Source: Gammaproteobacteria bacterium
GTDB taxonomy: Bacteria > Pseudomonadota > Gammaproteobacteria > SZUA-152
DNA length: 64,000 nt
Direction of reading: 5' to 3'
Assembly (NCBI GenBank): GCA_032250735.1
Contig: JAVVEP010000003.1
Coordinates: forward strand, 63,962-127,961
Positions 8,569 through 19,219 of this stretch are shown here, piece by piece. The notes below the pieces were generated by a model. That model made no database searches. It was not told where the DNA came from and was given only the letters and a program-made list of their open reading frames with translations. The position numbers and the translations under genes were made by a program. Within the stretch, counting starts at the first letter, position 1. Each line of letters opens with the position of its first letter.

Positions 8569-9309
8569 ATGATCACCAATAAACAGTCAGGCACCAATAT
8601 CCACGAGATCGCCGACGGCATCTACCGGATCAACACCCCCATCCAACTGCCAGTAGGGGCCTTCAGCTTCAACCAGTATCTGATTGTCGATGATCAGCCC
8701 ATGCTGTTTCATACCGGCCCGCGACGCATGTTCCCCCTGGTGCAGGAGGCCATCGCCGGCATCCTGCCGCCGGAACAACTGAGTTACATCGGCTTCTCGC
8801 ACTACGAGGCGGATGAGTGCGGCTCACTCAACGAATTTCTTGCCGTGGCACCCGAATCCGTCCCCGTCTGTAGCCAGGTCGCGGCCATAGTCTCGGTCAA
8901 CGATGTCGCCGACCGTGCCGCCAGGGCGATGGCGGATGGCGAGGTACTGGATCTGGGCAGACATGCCCTGCGCTGGTTCGACACTCCCCACCTGCCCCAC
9001 GGCTGGGAGTGCGGCCTGATGTTTGACGACACCACCCGCACCCTGATGTGTGGCGACCTGTTCACCCAGGGTGGCGAAGGCAAGGAGGCGTTGGTGGAAA
9101 GCGACATCCTCGGCCCCAGCGAGGCCTTTCGTGGCGCCATGGATTATTACGCGCATACCCCGAACACCGAGCTGATGCTCGAACGCCTCGCCCAGCAATC
9201 GCCGGCCACGCTGGCCTGCATGCACGGCAGCGCCTGGCGGGGAGATGGCGCCGCACTCCTGCGCGCATTGTCAAAATCCATCGAGCAGCGGCAGGCTGAT
9301 GCAGGATAA
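8569..9309 (+). CDS. Metallo-beta-lactamase-fold protein (flavodiiron/ROO N-terminal domain-like)
   Basis: MITNKQSGTNIHEIADGIYRINTP...FSHYEADECG...WFDTPHLPHGWE. AGGGAG Shine-Dalgarno upstream of ATG 8569. The longer track ORF (8185) overlaps the sigma gene antisense and is rejected. Confidence 0.7.
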   Translation: MITNKQSGTNIHEIADGIYRINTPIQLPVGAFSFNQYLIVDDQPMLFHTGPRRMFPLVQEAIAGILPPEQLSYIGFSHYEADECGSLNEFLAVAPESVPVCSQVAAIVSVNDVADRAARAMADGEVLDLGRHALRWFDTPHLPHGWECGLMFDDTTRTLMCGDLFTQGGEGKEALVESDILGPSEAFRGAMDYYAHTPNTELMLERLAQQSPATLACMHGSAWRGDGAALLRALSKSIEQRQADAG

Positions 9310-9385
9310 GTTGATAACAAAATTTCGCAGCCAGGGAGAGTGGGTACAGAAATGTGCCTACCTTACACGCCGCCGGGTAATTTAG

Positions 9386-9441
9386 GTGCTGAGTGCTGAG
9401 TGCTGAGTGCTGAGTGCTGAGTGTTGAGTGTTGAGTGCGGA
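9386..9441. repeat. Heptanucleotide microsatellite: (GTGCTGA)x5, (GTGTTGA)x2, GTGCGGA
   Basis: Counted directly in the sequence. Confidence 0.95.
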
Positions 9442-9883
9442 GGACTTAAGTAAAAACCGTTATCTCCCGCACATCACACTCTGCGCTTAACTCAATACGG
9501 CTTTTTTCGTAGGGTGGGCATTGCCCACCATTGCACCAAACCCAACAATGCCGGATTGATGGAGAATGCCTACCTTACCTGACAGCGGAACCACCACCGA
9601 TCATTAACATTCGGCGCAATGCCCTTCGGTTATTGCGCCCTACGGGCTGAGTGCTGAGTGCTGAGTGCTGAGTGCTGAGGACTTAAGTAAAAACCGTTAT
9701 CTCCCGCACATCACACTCTGCGCTTAACTCAATACGGCTTTTTTCGTAGGGTGGGCATTGCCCACCATTGCACCAAACCCAACAATGCCGGATTGGTGGA
9801 GAATGCCTACCTTACCTGACAGCGGAACCACCACCGATCATTAACATCCGGCGCAATGCCCTTCGGTTATTGCGCCCTACGGG
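9442..9883. repeat. Tandem duplication with 237-bp period: two ~205-bp units (9442-9646 and 9679-9883) separated by a second (GTGCTGA)x4 tract (9644-9678)
   Basis: The units align base for base except 9559A/9796G and 9611T/9848C. Each contains the palindromes CGTAGGGTGGGCATTGCCCACC and GGCGCAAT-N11-ATTGCGCC. Confidence 0.95.
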
Positions 9884-9897
9884 CCTGCCTGACTCTA

Positions 9898-10263
9898 TTA
9901 AACAAGATCAGTTTTGCAGTGTTTACAAATTCTGGCGGCCTGCTTAATTTCCTCTGCACACATGGGGCAAAATCGGATATCGGAATCATTAGGACTGGAT
10001 TGTTTTGGTAAAGATTTAGCAGTTTCGTGCGGACCTTCGATGAGTTCATGCTGGCAATGCGGGCAAACAGTAGCATCTTCTCTAATTGTTTTTTTGCAAA
10101 ATTGACACTCTATTTTGTCTGGACCAGCTAAAAACGAAAACAATAATCCGAAGGGGCCAAAGATTACACCAATAATGAAATATAAAAAACCACGCCCACC
10201 TCTACTTGATGCGACTAAGGCGGAAGCAAAACCGAACAGCAACCATAATAAAAAGTATCCCAT
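9898..10263 (-). CDS. Small membrane protein with two C-terminal zinc-ribbon (CxxC...CxxC) motifs
   Basis: 121 aa: two N-terminal hydrophobic helices, then CQFCKK...CPHCQHEL and CPMCAEE...CKHCKTDL. Markedly AT-rich compared with its flanks. Confidence 0.6.
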   Translation of the reverse strand: MGYFLLWLLFGFASALVASSRGGRGFLYFIIGVIFGPFGLLFSFLAGPDKIECQFCKKTIREDATVCPHCQHELIEGPHETAKSLPKQSSPNDSDIRFCPMCAEEIKQAARICKHCKTDLV

Positions 10264-10409
10264 ATTCTTTTCCTCACTTGCTTAATAGGGCAAGCTAATA
10301 TTTATGTTCGCCATTGAATCCGCGAAATCTTATTGGTGTCCAGCTCAACATAATAATGCAATAAGAAGCACAATCTTCAATCAAAGCTTATAAGGAACCC
10401 CAAAACCTT

Positions 10410-13322
<2,913 letters not shown>

Positions 13323-13514
13323 GCGTGTTACTGGGAACGTATTGCTGGGAGCGTGTTACACAGAATCATGCGTAAAGAAATTATCGTTAACTATCCTGCG
13401 TATAAAGCACGGTAAAAATAACAGACAAGAAACCCTACCGTTAAACACCCGGACTCGTCATCGACTCACTTTTTATCTACCAACTTTATTCTCTACCAAG
13501 AAGGAATCCTGGCC

Positions 13515-14078
13515 ATGAAACAAAAAGTGCTTCCCACAATCCTGGCGGGGGCCTGCACACTGTGCATCACCGCAGCCATCGCCACACCCGCCTTTGCCGC
13601 CGATGACATCACCATCAGCAAGCCGCATCGCATGTCGAGCAACATGACCTCCAACCTCTATATTGGCGCACAGCTTGCCTATGCCAGCTACAAGGAGGTC
13701 GATGACAACAGCGCCGCCTTTGGTCTGTTCGGCGGCTTCCACCTCAATGAGGTGCTGGCCGTAGAGGCCGCCTATAACGATTTTGGCGAGGCGGAAAAGG
13801 GCGGCGTCAAGGCGGAGGCCAGCGCATTCTCCCTGGGCCTGTTGGGCAAGCTGCCCCTGAAAACCGACCTGACCCTGTTCGGCAGGGTCGGCCTGGCGGC
13901 CTGGGATATCGACGGCTCTGTTTCTGACTCCGGCACCGACGTCTATTTTGGCATTGGCGCGGACTACGACATCAGCGGCACCTCGGCGGTACGCTTTGGG
14001 ATCGACACGTACTCCCTGAATGGCGATACCGACGAAGATATTACCGCCTTCGCTATCGGTTTCATCTTCAAGCCCTGA
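13515..14078 (+). CDS. Small outer-membrane beta-barrel protein (OmpA-like N-terminal/OmpW-like class)
   Basis: Signal peptide ending ATPAFA, alternating aromatic/Gly-rich strands, and the C-terminal sequence AIGFIFKP. Confidence 0.7.
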   Translation: MKQKVLPTILAGACTLCITAAIATPAFAADDITISKPHRMSSNMTSNLYIGAQLAYASYKEVDDNSAAFGLFGGFHLNEVLAVEAAYNDFGEAEKGGVKAEASAFSLGLLGKLPLKTDLTLFGRVGLAAWDIDGSVSDSGTDVYFGIGADYDISGTSAVRFGIDTYSLNGDTDEDITAFAIGFIFKP

Positions 14079-14103
14079 TCGTCCACTACGACCCGTTAGA
14101 TAT

Positions 14104-14155
14104 GGCCCACAAAAAAGCGGCCCCCTGTTCCCAGGGGGCCGCTTTTTTGTGGGCC
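14104..14155. terminator. Bidirectional rho-independent terminator
   Basis: AAAAAAGCGGCCCCCT-GTTCCC-AGGGGGCCGCTTTTTT lies between the convergent OMP gene and lpoB. Confidence 0.85.
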
Positions 14156-14193
14156 GCTACTTGATGCTGCCAATAAGGCCTGCGGATGAAAGC

Positions 14194-14805
14194 TTACAGA
14201 CCAAACATCGATTTCTTCTTGGTCTTGCGGATCTCTTTTTCATCCGACCATTCCAGAATGCCGGTCTCGATGTGCATCAGCTTCATGGTGAACTTGTAAT
14301 ACACGTCTTTCTGGTCAGAGTTGCGCTTGACGATACTCGACAGATTGCCGTACAGCATGTACTCGGCCCCGATCTGCTGGCCCATCTTGACCGCGGTGCT
14401 GTCCTTGACCATGCCGCTGTCACTCTGGAATTCCATCTGGTTGCGCACGGCGGCGACCTTGGTCATATCGACAAAGCGGAATTTACCGGAGCGCAATAAA
14501 CGGCTCGAAATGGTATCGGTAACGGATTCCGTGTCGATATGTTCGCTGGTCTTGTTCTGGATGGTGTCGACAAACATCACCGGGCGACGCTTGCTGGTCA
14601 CCTCCACAATCGGCGGAAAGGTCAGCACGGAGTCGACCATCTTTTCCGCAATCTTTTGCAGATCCGTCGAACCGAAATCGGTAGTGGTGGTTTCAACCGC
14701 GCCGGCATCGCCATAGGCTACCTGCTTGCCCCCACACCCCGACAGGCTGACGGACAAGACACCCACCGCAAACACACTTCCCAAGGCTTTCAATACATCA
14801 TTCAT
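14194..14805 (-). CDS. lpoB: Penicillin-binding protein activator LpoB-like lipoprotein
   Basis: Lipobox LSGC. IAEKMVDSVL...PVMFVDTIQNKTSEHIDTESVTDTISSRLLRSGKFRFVD resembles LpoB. Adjacent to ycfL, as in E. coli. Confidence 0.7.
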   Translation of the reverse strand: MNDVLKALGSVFAVGVLSVSLSGCGGKQVAYGDAGAVETTTTDFGSTDLQKIAEKMVDSVLTFPPIVEVTSKRRPVMFVDTIQNKTSEHIDTESVTDTISSRLLRSGKFRFVDMTKVAAVRNQMEFQSDSGMVKDSTAVKMGQQIGAEYMLYGNLSSIVKRNSDQKDVYYKFTMKLMHIETGILEWSDEKEIRKTKKKSMFGL

Positions 14806-15212
14806 TACAATTCCCTCACGTTGACTTTATAACTTTTGACAGATGGATTTGGCGCGACCGCCTTCATGCTGGTACTGGCGTGACCATTGAGGGTCACCGG
14901 CGTCCACGAGCGACTACCCTGCTCAACCTCAAAATTATCCGCATCGTACCAGGAGAAGAGGTACTGAATATTCTTATGAGAGCTGGTCAGGTTGGTCAGT
15001 ACCACATCGACCTCCAGCACACCGCCGGTGACGCGCGAATTCATCTCGGTGATGGTGACATCACCTGCCAGCGATTCATTATGGATCACCAGGTGCTTGG
15101 CAAACTCCGGATCGCCCATGGGTTTGCCGATGGCCTCAATGCCCGAGGTCGCACAACCGGCAAGCATCAGCACCACTCCTACACAAGAAAGACTCCAGCC
15201 TTTATTCATCAT
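14805..15212 (-). CDS. ycfL: YcfL-family (DUF1425) lipoprotein
   Basis: Lipobox LAGC, 135 aa, YLFSWYDADNFEV motif. TAATG overlap with lpoB. Confidence 0.65.
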   Translation of the reverse strand: MMNKGWSLSCVGVVLMLAGCATSGIEAIGKPMGDPEFAKHLVIHNESLAGDVTITEMNSRVTGGVLEVDVVLTNLTSSHKNIQYLFSWYDADNFEVEQGSRSWTPVTLNGHASTSMKAVAPNPSVKSYKVNVREL

Positions 15213-15240
15213 CCATTCTCCTGTTCTTTACACTGCGAGG

Positions 15241-16650
15241 TCACATAACAATAGCATCAGTGTGCAGGGTCTGCTCGGTTGCCACCACCCGGACCACCGT
15301 CCGCTTACCCGGCTCCACCTTGACCTGCATCACACCCGCAGCCTTGCCATTATTCAGCTGTAACTGATATTCCCCCTGCGGGAGGGAGCTTCTGAGAATC
15401 TGCGCGTCATTGGGCAGGGTCAGCCAGCTGCGACGGTCGGCATTTTCACTGGCGATGTTAAAGATATCGGCGCCCAGTTTTGCCCAGGGGCCTGCCGCCT
15501 TGCCGGCCTGCTCGGCCATCTCCTTTTTGGCCACCACCCGCAACACCTGCCGGGTGAGCATGGCGGGCAACTTTTCCTGCAGGGCCTTCACTGCCATCGC
15601 CTGCACATACACGATCGGGCTGGTCTCCCCCAGCGCGCCTCTCCCCTCGATCGCGACACTCAAGGATGACGGGGGCTGCCACTGCACGGCATAAAAGGGA
15701 AAGGCCACCTTCTGCACCTGATTGCCGGTAAAGATTGGCACGCTGGTTTCCGTTTTGGCCGGCACAAAGCCATGCTCAAACAGCACCACCAGCTCCCCCT
15801 CGCCCTGCCCCGGACTGGCCGCCTCTATGGGATAGCGCTTTTTAAAGGTTTGATAATCGTCTCTCATGCCCAGCTGTTTGGCGAGCCTCAGCACATCTCG
15901 TTGCACATAGATGTTATCCGGAAAAATCTCCAGGGCCTTTTTATAGTCAATATAGGCATCATTGGGTTTTCCCAGGATTTCATAGATGATGCCGGACACA
16001 TAAAAGGTGTAGGCATTCTGAAAGGAATTTTTTACCTTTCCCGCCACCGACTCCATGGCCGAAAAGGCACCCATAAAGGATTTATTGCCCGCCGAATATT
16101 CGCGTGCCTTTTCCTCTGCGGCCGCCAGTTCATCTTCATGCGCCTCAAGCGCGGCCTGCTGCTCCAGGTTTGCGCGCCTCACTTCGACACTCGCGGCCTC
16201 CAGGTTGTTGGAGAACAGATAATTCATCGCCTGATACTGGTGCACAAAGACGCGTTCATGGCCATCGCCCGCATAGGGAATCGCATTATCATTGCTGAGT
16301 AGCGCGCTGCCCTGCGCCGCGGTATCGGTGAGAGAGATTTTCGCCTTTTCCTCATTGACCTCCATCGCCTCAATCACCTGCTTGAAATCCTCGATGCTCG
16401 ACGCCTTGTCATTGGCGAGCTGCGAAACGCGGCCACGCTCCATCATGTAGAGGATTTTATCGGCGTCTTCCCGATAGGCGTCGAGCGCATCCTGCGCCAG
16501 CTTGTACTGCTTGGCCTGGACCTGCTGCTTAATCGGTTGCAGCTGTGTTGGATAGGATGTGAACATTGATGAAGCCGCACAGCCACCCAGCAGCAATGCG
16601 ATACCCAGCAACCCAAAGCTTCTGATTGCAGACCCCGCTCCTGAAATCAT
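15241..16650 (-). CDS. TPR-containing lipoprotein of unknown function
   Basis: Lipobox LGGC. TPR-like segment FQNAYTFYVSGIIYEILGKPNDAYIDYKKALEIFPDN. Family not recognised with confidence. Confidence 0.6.
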   Translation of the reverse strand: MISGAGSAIRSFGLLGIALLLGGCAASSMFTSYPTQLQPIKQQVQAKQYKLAQDALDAYREDADKILYMMERGRVSQLANDKASSIEDFKQVIEAMEVNEEKAKISLTDTAAQGSALLSNDNAIPYAGDGHERVFVHQYQAMNYLFSNNLEAASVEVRRANLEQQAALEAHEDELAAAEEKAREYSAGNKSFMGAFSAMESVAGKVKNSFQNAYTFYVSGIIYEILGKPNDAYIDYKKALEIFPDNIYVQRDVLRLAKQLGMRDDYQTFKKRYPIEAASPGQGEGELVVLFEHGFVPAKTETSVPIFTGNQVQKVAFPFYAVQWQPPSSLSVAIEGRGALGETSPIVYVQAMAVKALQEKLPAMLTRQVLRVVAKKEMAEQAGKAAGPWAKLGADIFNIASENADRRSWLTLPNDAQILRSSLPQGEYQLQLNNGKAAGVMQVKVEPGKRTVVRVVATEQTLHTDAIVM

Positions 16651-16697
16651 TTCTTTCTACCCTCAATGCTCATGCTGCGTTTTTGTTGTTTTGTTTT

Positions 16698-17651
16698 TTA
16701 CCAGCTAAAGGGCTTGTCACTCGAACCGGGCGTCATCTCCCTTTCCTGAACGGCCTCTGGCTCCTGCTCTCCCAACCTGACAATTGCTCCCTCCTTGATC
16801 TGCCCTGCACCCGTCAGGATTTTCGCCGTGGAAAACTTTTTCTGAATGGCATCCACCTCAACGCGACCGACTTCCTTCTCGGCGCTGCCCAGGGACTCAC
16901 CGGTATCCGGATCGACCAGCCCCTCACCCTGAACCAATACCGTCAGCACATCACCCACCTTGAAGCTGACGCCCGCGCCGCGATTGATATACACCTTGCT
17001 CCCCTCAAGCTTGATGATCTTCAGGGGAAACACGCCTTCGACAATACCATTCACAATCGCCTTGACGGACTGCTCCTTGAGGGCGTCCAGAAAATCATCT
17101 GGGGTCACTTCGTTGTTGCGATTTCTGTCTTCATGCTCAACAACGAACTTGTTGGCCGTAACCACCTTGCCACCACGGCTGTCCACAATGCGCACATTTA
17201 CCGTTAGCTTGCCCTTGTACTGCTGCTGTACCTGGTCGGTATAGGGAATTTTTTTGGTTTCGATTCCCGCCTGAAACTGTTCGATCTTGCCCATCACAAA
17301 ATAGTCGGCGCCGATCAGCTTGCCTAACTTCACTGCCGTTTCCGGGGAGATATATCCCGACTCACTGAACTCCTGCTCGGTAAGGATATCTTTCATCCTG
17401 TTGCGCTCGACCACATCAAACTTGTTGGCCTTGACCAGGAAGGTCATCAGTTCGGAGGTTAGAAATTTTGTCGAGCTCTCGACCGTCTCACGTACGATGA
17501 AACCGTGACCAAAGGTGATCGTGTCTTTATCCGCGGTGAAATCGAGCACCGCGATGGTGGGCCGGGCGGCCAACAGGGCAGAGGTTGAAAACAACAACAC
17601 ACAGGAAACAACACACAGTACAACCGATCGCCTAATCTTCATCATGATCAA
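16698..17651 (-). CDS. CsgG/HfaB-family protein with ~90-aa C-terminal extension
   Basis: PTIAVLDFTA...FDVVERNRMKDILTEQEF...KLGKLIGADYFVMGKI matches the CsgG-family pattern. The C-terminal beta-rich segment (KVYINRGAGVSFKVGDVLTVL...) is additional. Confidence 0.7.
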   Translation of the reverse strand: MIMMKIRRSVVLCVVSCVLLFSTSALLAARPTIAVLDFTADKDTITFGHGFIVRETVESSTKFLTSELMTFLVKANKFDVVERNRMKDILTEQEFSESGYISPETAVKLGKLIGADYFVMGKIEQFQAGIETKKIPYTDQVQQQYKGKLTVNVRIVDSRGGKVVTANKFVVEHEDRNRNNEVTPDDFLDALKEQSVKAIVNGIVEGVFPLKIIKLEGSKVYINRGAGVSFKVGDVLTVLVQGEGLVDPDTGESLGSAEKEVGRVEVDAIQKKFSTAKILTGAGQIKEGAIVRLGEQEPEAVQEREMTPGSSDKPFSW

Positions 17652-17955
17652 TTCCTTATCGCCAGCCCTGCGGCCAGCTCATCCAGTCTACATTTATGCC
17701 AAAATTGCGCTGAGAATACGCCCTGTCGTTCAAAAACACCATAATCCAAACGAGTGAATGATGGCTCAGCGCCTGTGTAAAAATCGCCTTCTGCAACCAC
17801 AGCAGGCCGGCGGCTTTTTCCAGGCTCTCACTCCTTTTGGTTAGCACCCCAGCCCGGCGCACTGTAAGAATATCCGCTAGGCTGTACTTAGCCGACGGCA
17901 TTTACCATACTGGGAACAAACAAAAAAAATCAATGCATATAAAAGAGAGGGCATA

Positions 17956-18462
17956 ATGAACAAACAAAATGACAAACTGGTCCACGCCTATGAACAGATG
18001 CTGGAGCGATCCAGGACTTTTCTCCGCGAGGCGGGCAATGAGATCGCCCCGAAGCTCGATGCTGCCATCAATTCCGCCAAAGAAAAGGCCACCGAACTGG
18101 GTGAGCTGACCCGGGAGGAGGCCGAAAATATCGCCGAGTATCTGCGACGCGACCTGCACGATGCCGCGGAATTCCTCACCGATGAGAGCAATGAGCTGCG
18201 CCAGTGGCTGCGCTTTGACATTGAGCTGGTGGAAAACCGTATCATCGATGCCCTGATGCAGCTGGCCGACCCCACCAAGGTCGACCTGGCGGCGTTCGAG
18301 CAACAGGCCCAGCGCTTTGGCGAATGGCGCACCGGCGAAATCACCGGCCCCGGCACCCTGGTCTGCAAGGCCTGTGGCGAGGTTCTGCACTTTCACAAAT
18401 CCGGCCATATTCCACCCTGCCCCAAGTGCCAGGCGACGACCTATCGTCGCGCAGTGGACTAG
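17956..18462 (+). CDS. Zinc-ribbon-containing protein (DUF1451-like)
   Basis: 168 aa: a helical N-terminal part followed by CKACGEVLHFHKSGHIPPCPKCQ. Confidence 0.65.
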   Translation: MNKQNDKLVHAYEQMLERSRTFLREAGNEIAPKLDAAINSAKEKATELGELTREEAENIAEYLRRDLHDAAEFLTDESNELRQWLRFDIELVENRIIDALMQLADPTKVDLAAFEQQAQRFGEWRTGEITGPGTLVCKACGEVLHFHKSGHIPPCPKCQATTYRRAVD

Positions 18463-18566
18463 TACTCCTTCAACCACGCCCACCCATCCCACCATCACGT
18501 CCCCGGTTCTTCAGAGTCGCCCGGTTTCGGGTATAATCCGCCCTCAACCTGGAGTAGCAAACCACC

Positions 18567-19148
18567 ATGAGCACAGAACAGATTTTACGCAGCCGCAGCG
18601 AATCCCGCTGCGAGCTGTGTGGTTCCGCCGATGATCTATCGGTCTACCCTGTACCACCCCATTCCGCCGACAACCCCGATGAGTGCGTGCTGCTTTGCGG
18701 CGTCTGCCATGGCCAGATCGAGCACCCCGATACGGTCGATGCCAATCACTGGCGCTGCCTCAATGACAGCATGTGGAGCCAGGTGCCCGCCGTACAGGTG
18801 ATGGCATGGCGCATGCTGACCCGCCTGCGCGCAGAGGGCTGGCCGCAGGACCTGCTCGACATGCTGTATCTCGATGACGATACCCTGGCCTGGGCCAGGG
18901 CCGACGGCGAAGGCCGCAGCGATGACGATGCCATCCAGCATCTCGACAGCAACGGCGCGCTGCTGGCCGCCGGTGACACCGTGACCCTGATCAAGGATCT
19001 CAATGTGAAGGGCGCCGGTTTTACCGCCAAGCGCGGCACCGCGGTGCGCGGCATTTCGCTGGTGCCGGACAACGCGGAACAGATCGAGGGCCGGGTCGAG
19101 GGCCAGCACATTGTCATCCTGACCAGGTTTGTAAAGAAATCGAACTAG
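18567..19148 (+). CDS. phnA: PhnA/YjdM-family protein (long form)
   Basis: N-terminal CELCGS...CGVCH zinc ribbon. C-terminal PhnA domain DSNGALLAAGDTVTLIKDLNVKGAGFTAKRGTAVRGISLV...IVILTRFVKK. Confidence 0.8.
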   Translation: MSTEQILRSRSESRCELCGSADDLSVYPVPPHSADNPDECVLLCGVCHGQIEHPDTVDANHWRCLNDSMWSQVPAVQVMAWRMLTRLRAEGWPQDLLDMLYLDDDTLAWARADGEGRSDDDAIQHLDSNGALLAAGDTVTLIKDLNVKGAGFTAKRGTAVRGISLVPDNAEQIEGRVEGQHIVILTRFVKKSN

Positions 19149-19219
19149 GCCCTTACACATAACCCCATAACCCACTGCTCGGCCATCCTGTCCGGCACCC
19201 ATATCGGCCACCTACCGCC

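Noticed and set aside
9386-9883. The repeat region was considered as a CRISPR array.
   Set aside because: There are only two long (~205 bp) near-identical units separated by microsatellite tracts. There is no 25-40-bp repeat/unique-spacer alternation and no cas genes in the window.
17656-17901. 81-aa ORF immediately upstream of the CsgG-like gene on the same strand.
   Set aside because: No recognisable motif, signal peptide or convincing ribosome-binding site. It ends within the Shine-Dalgarno region of the next gene. It could be real, but I cannot support it from sequence alone.
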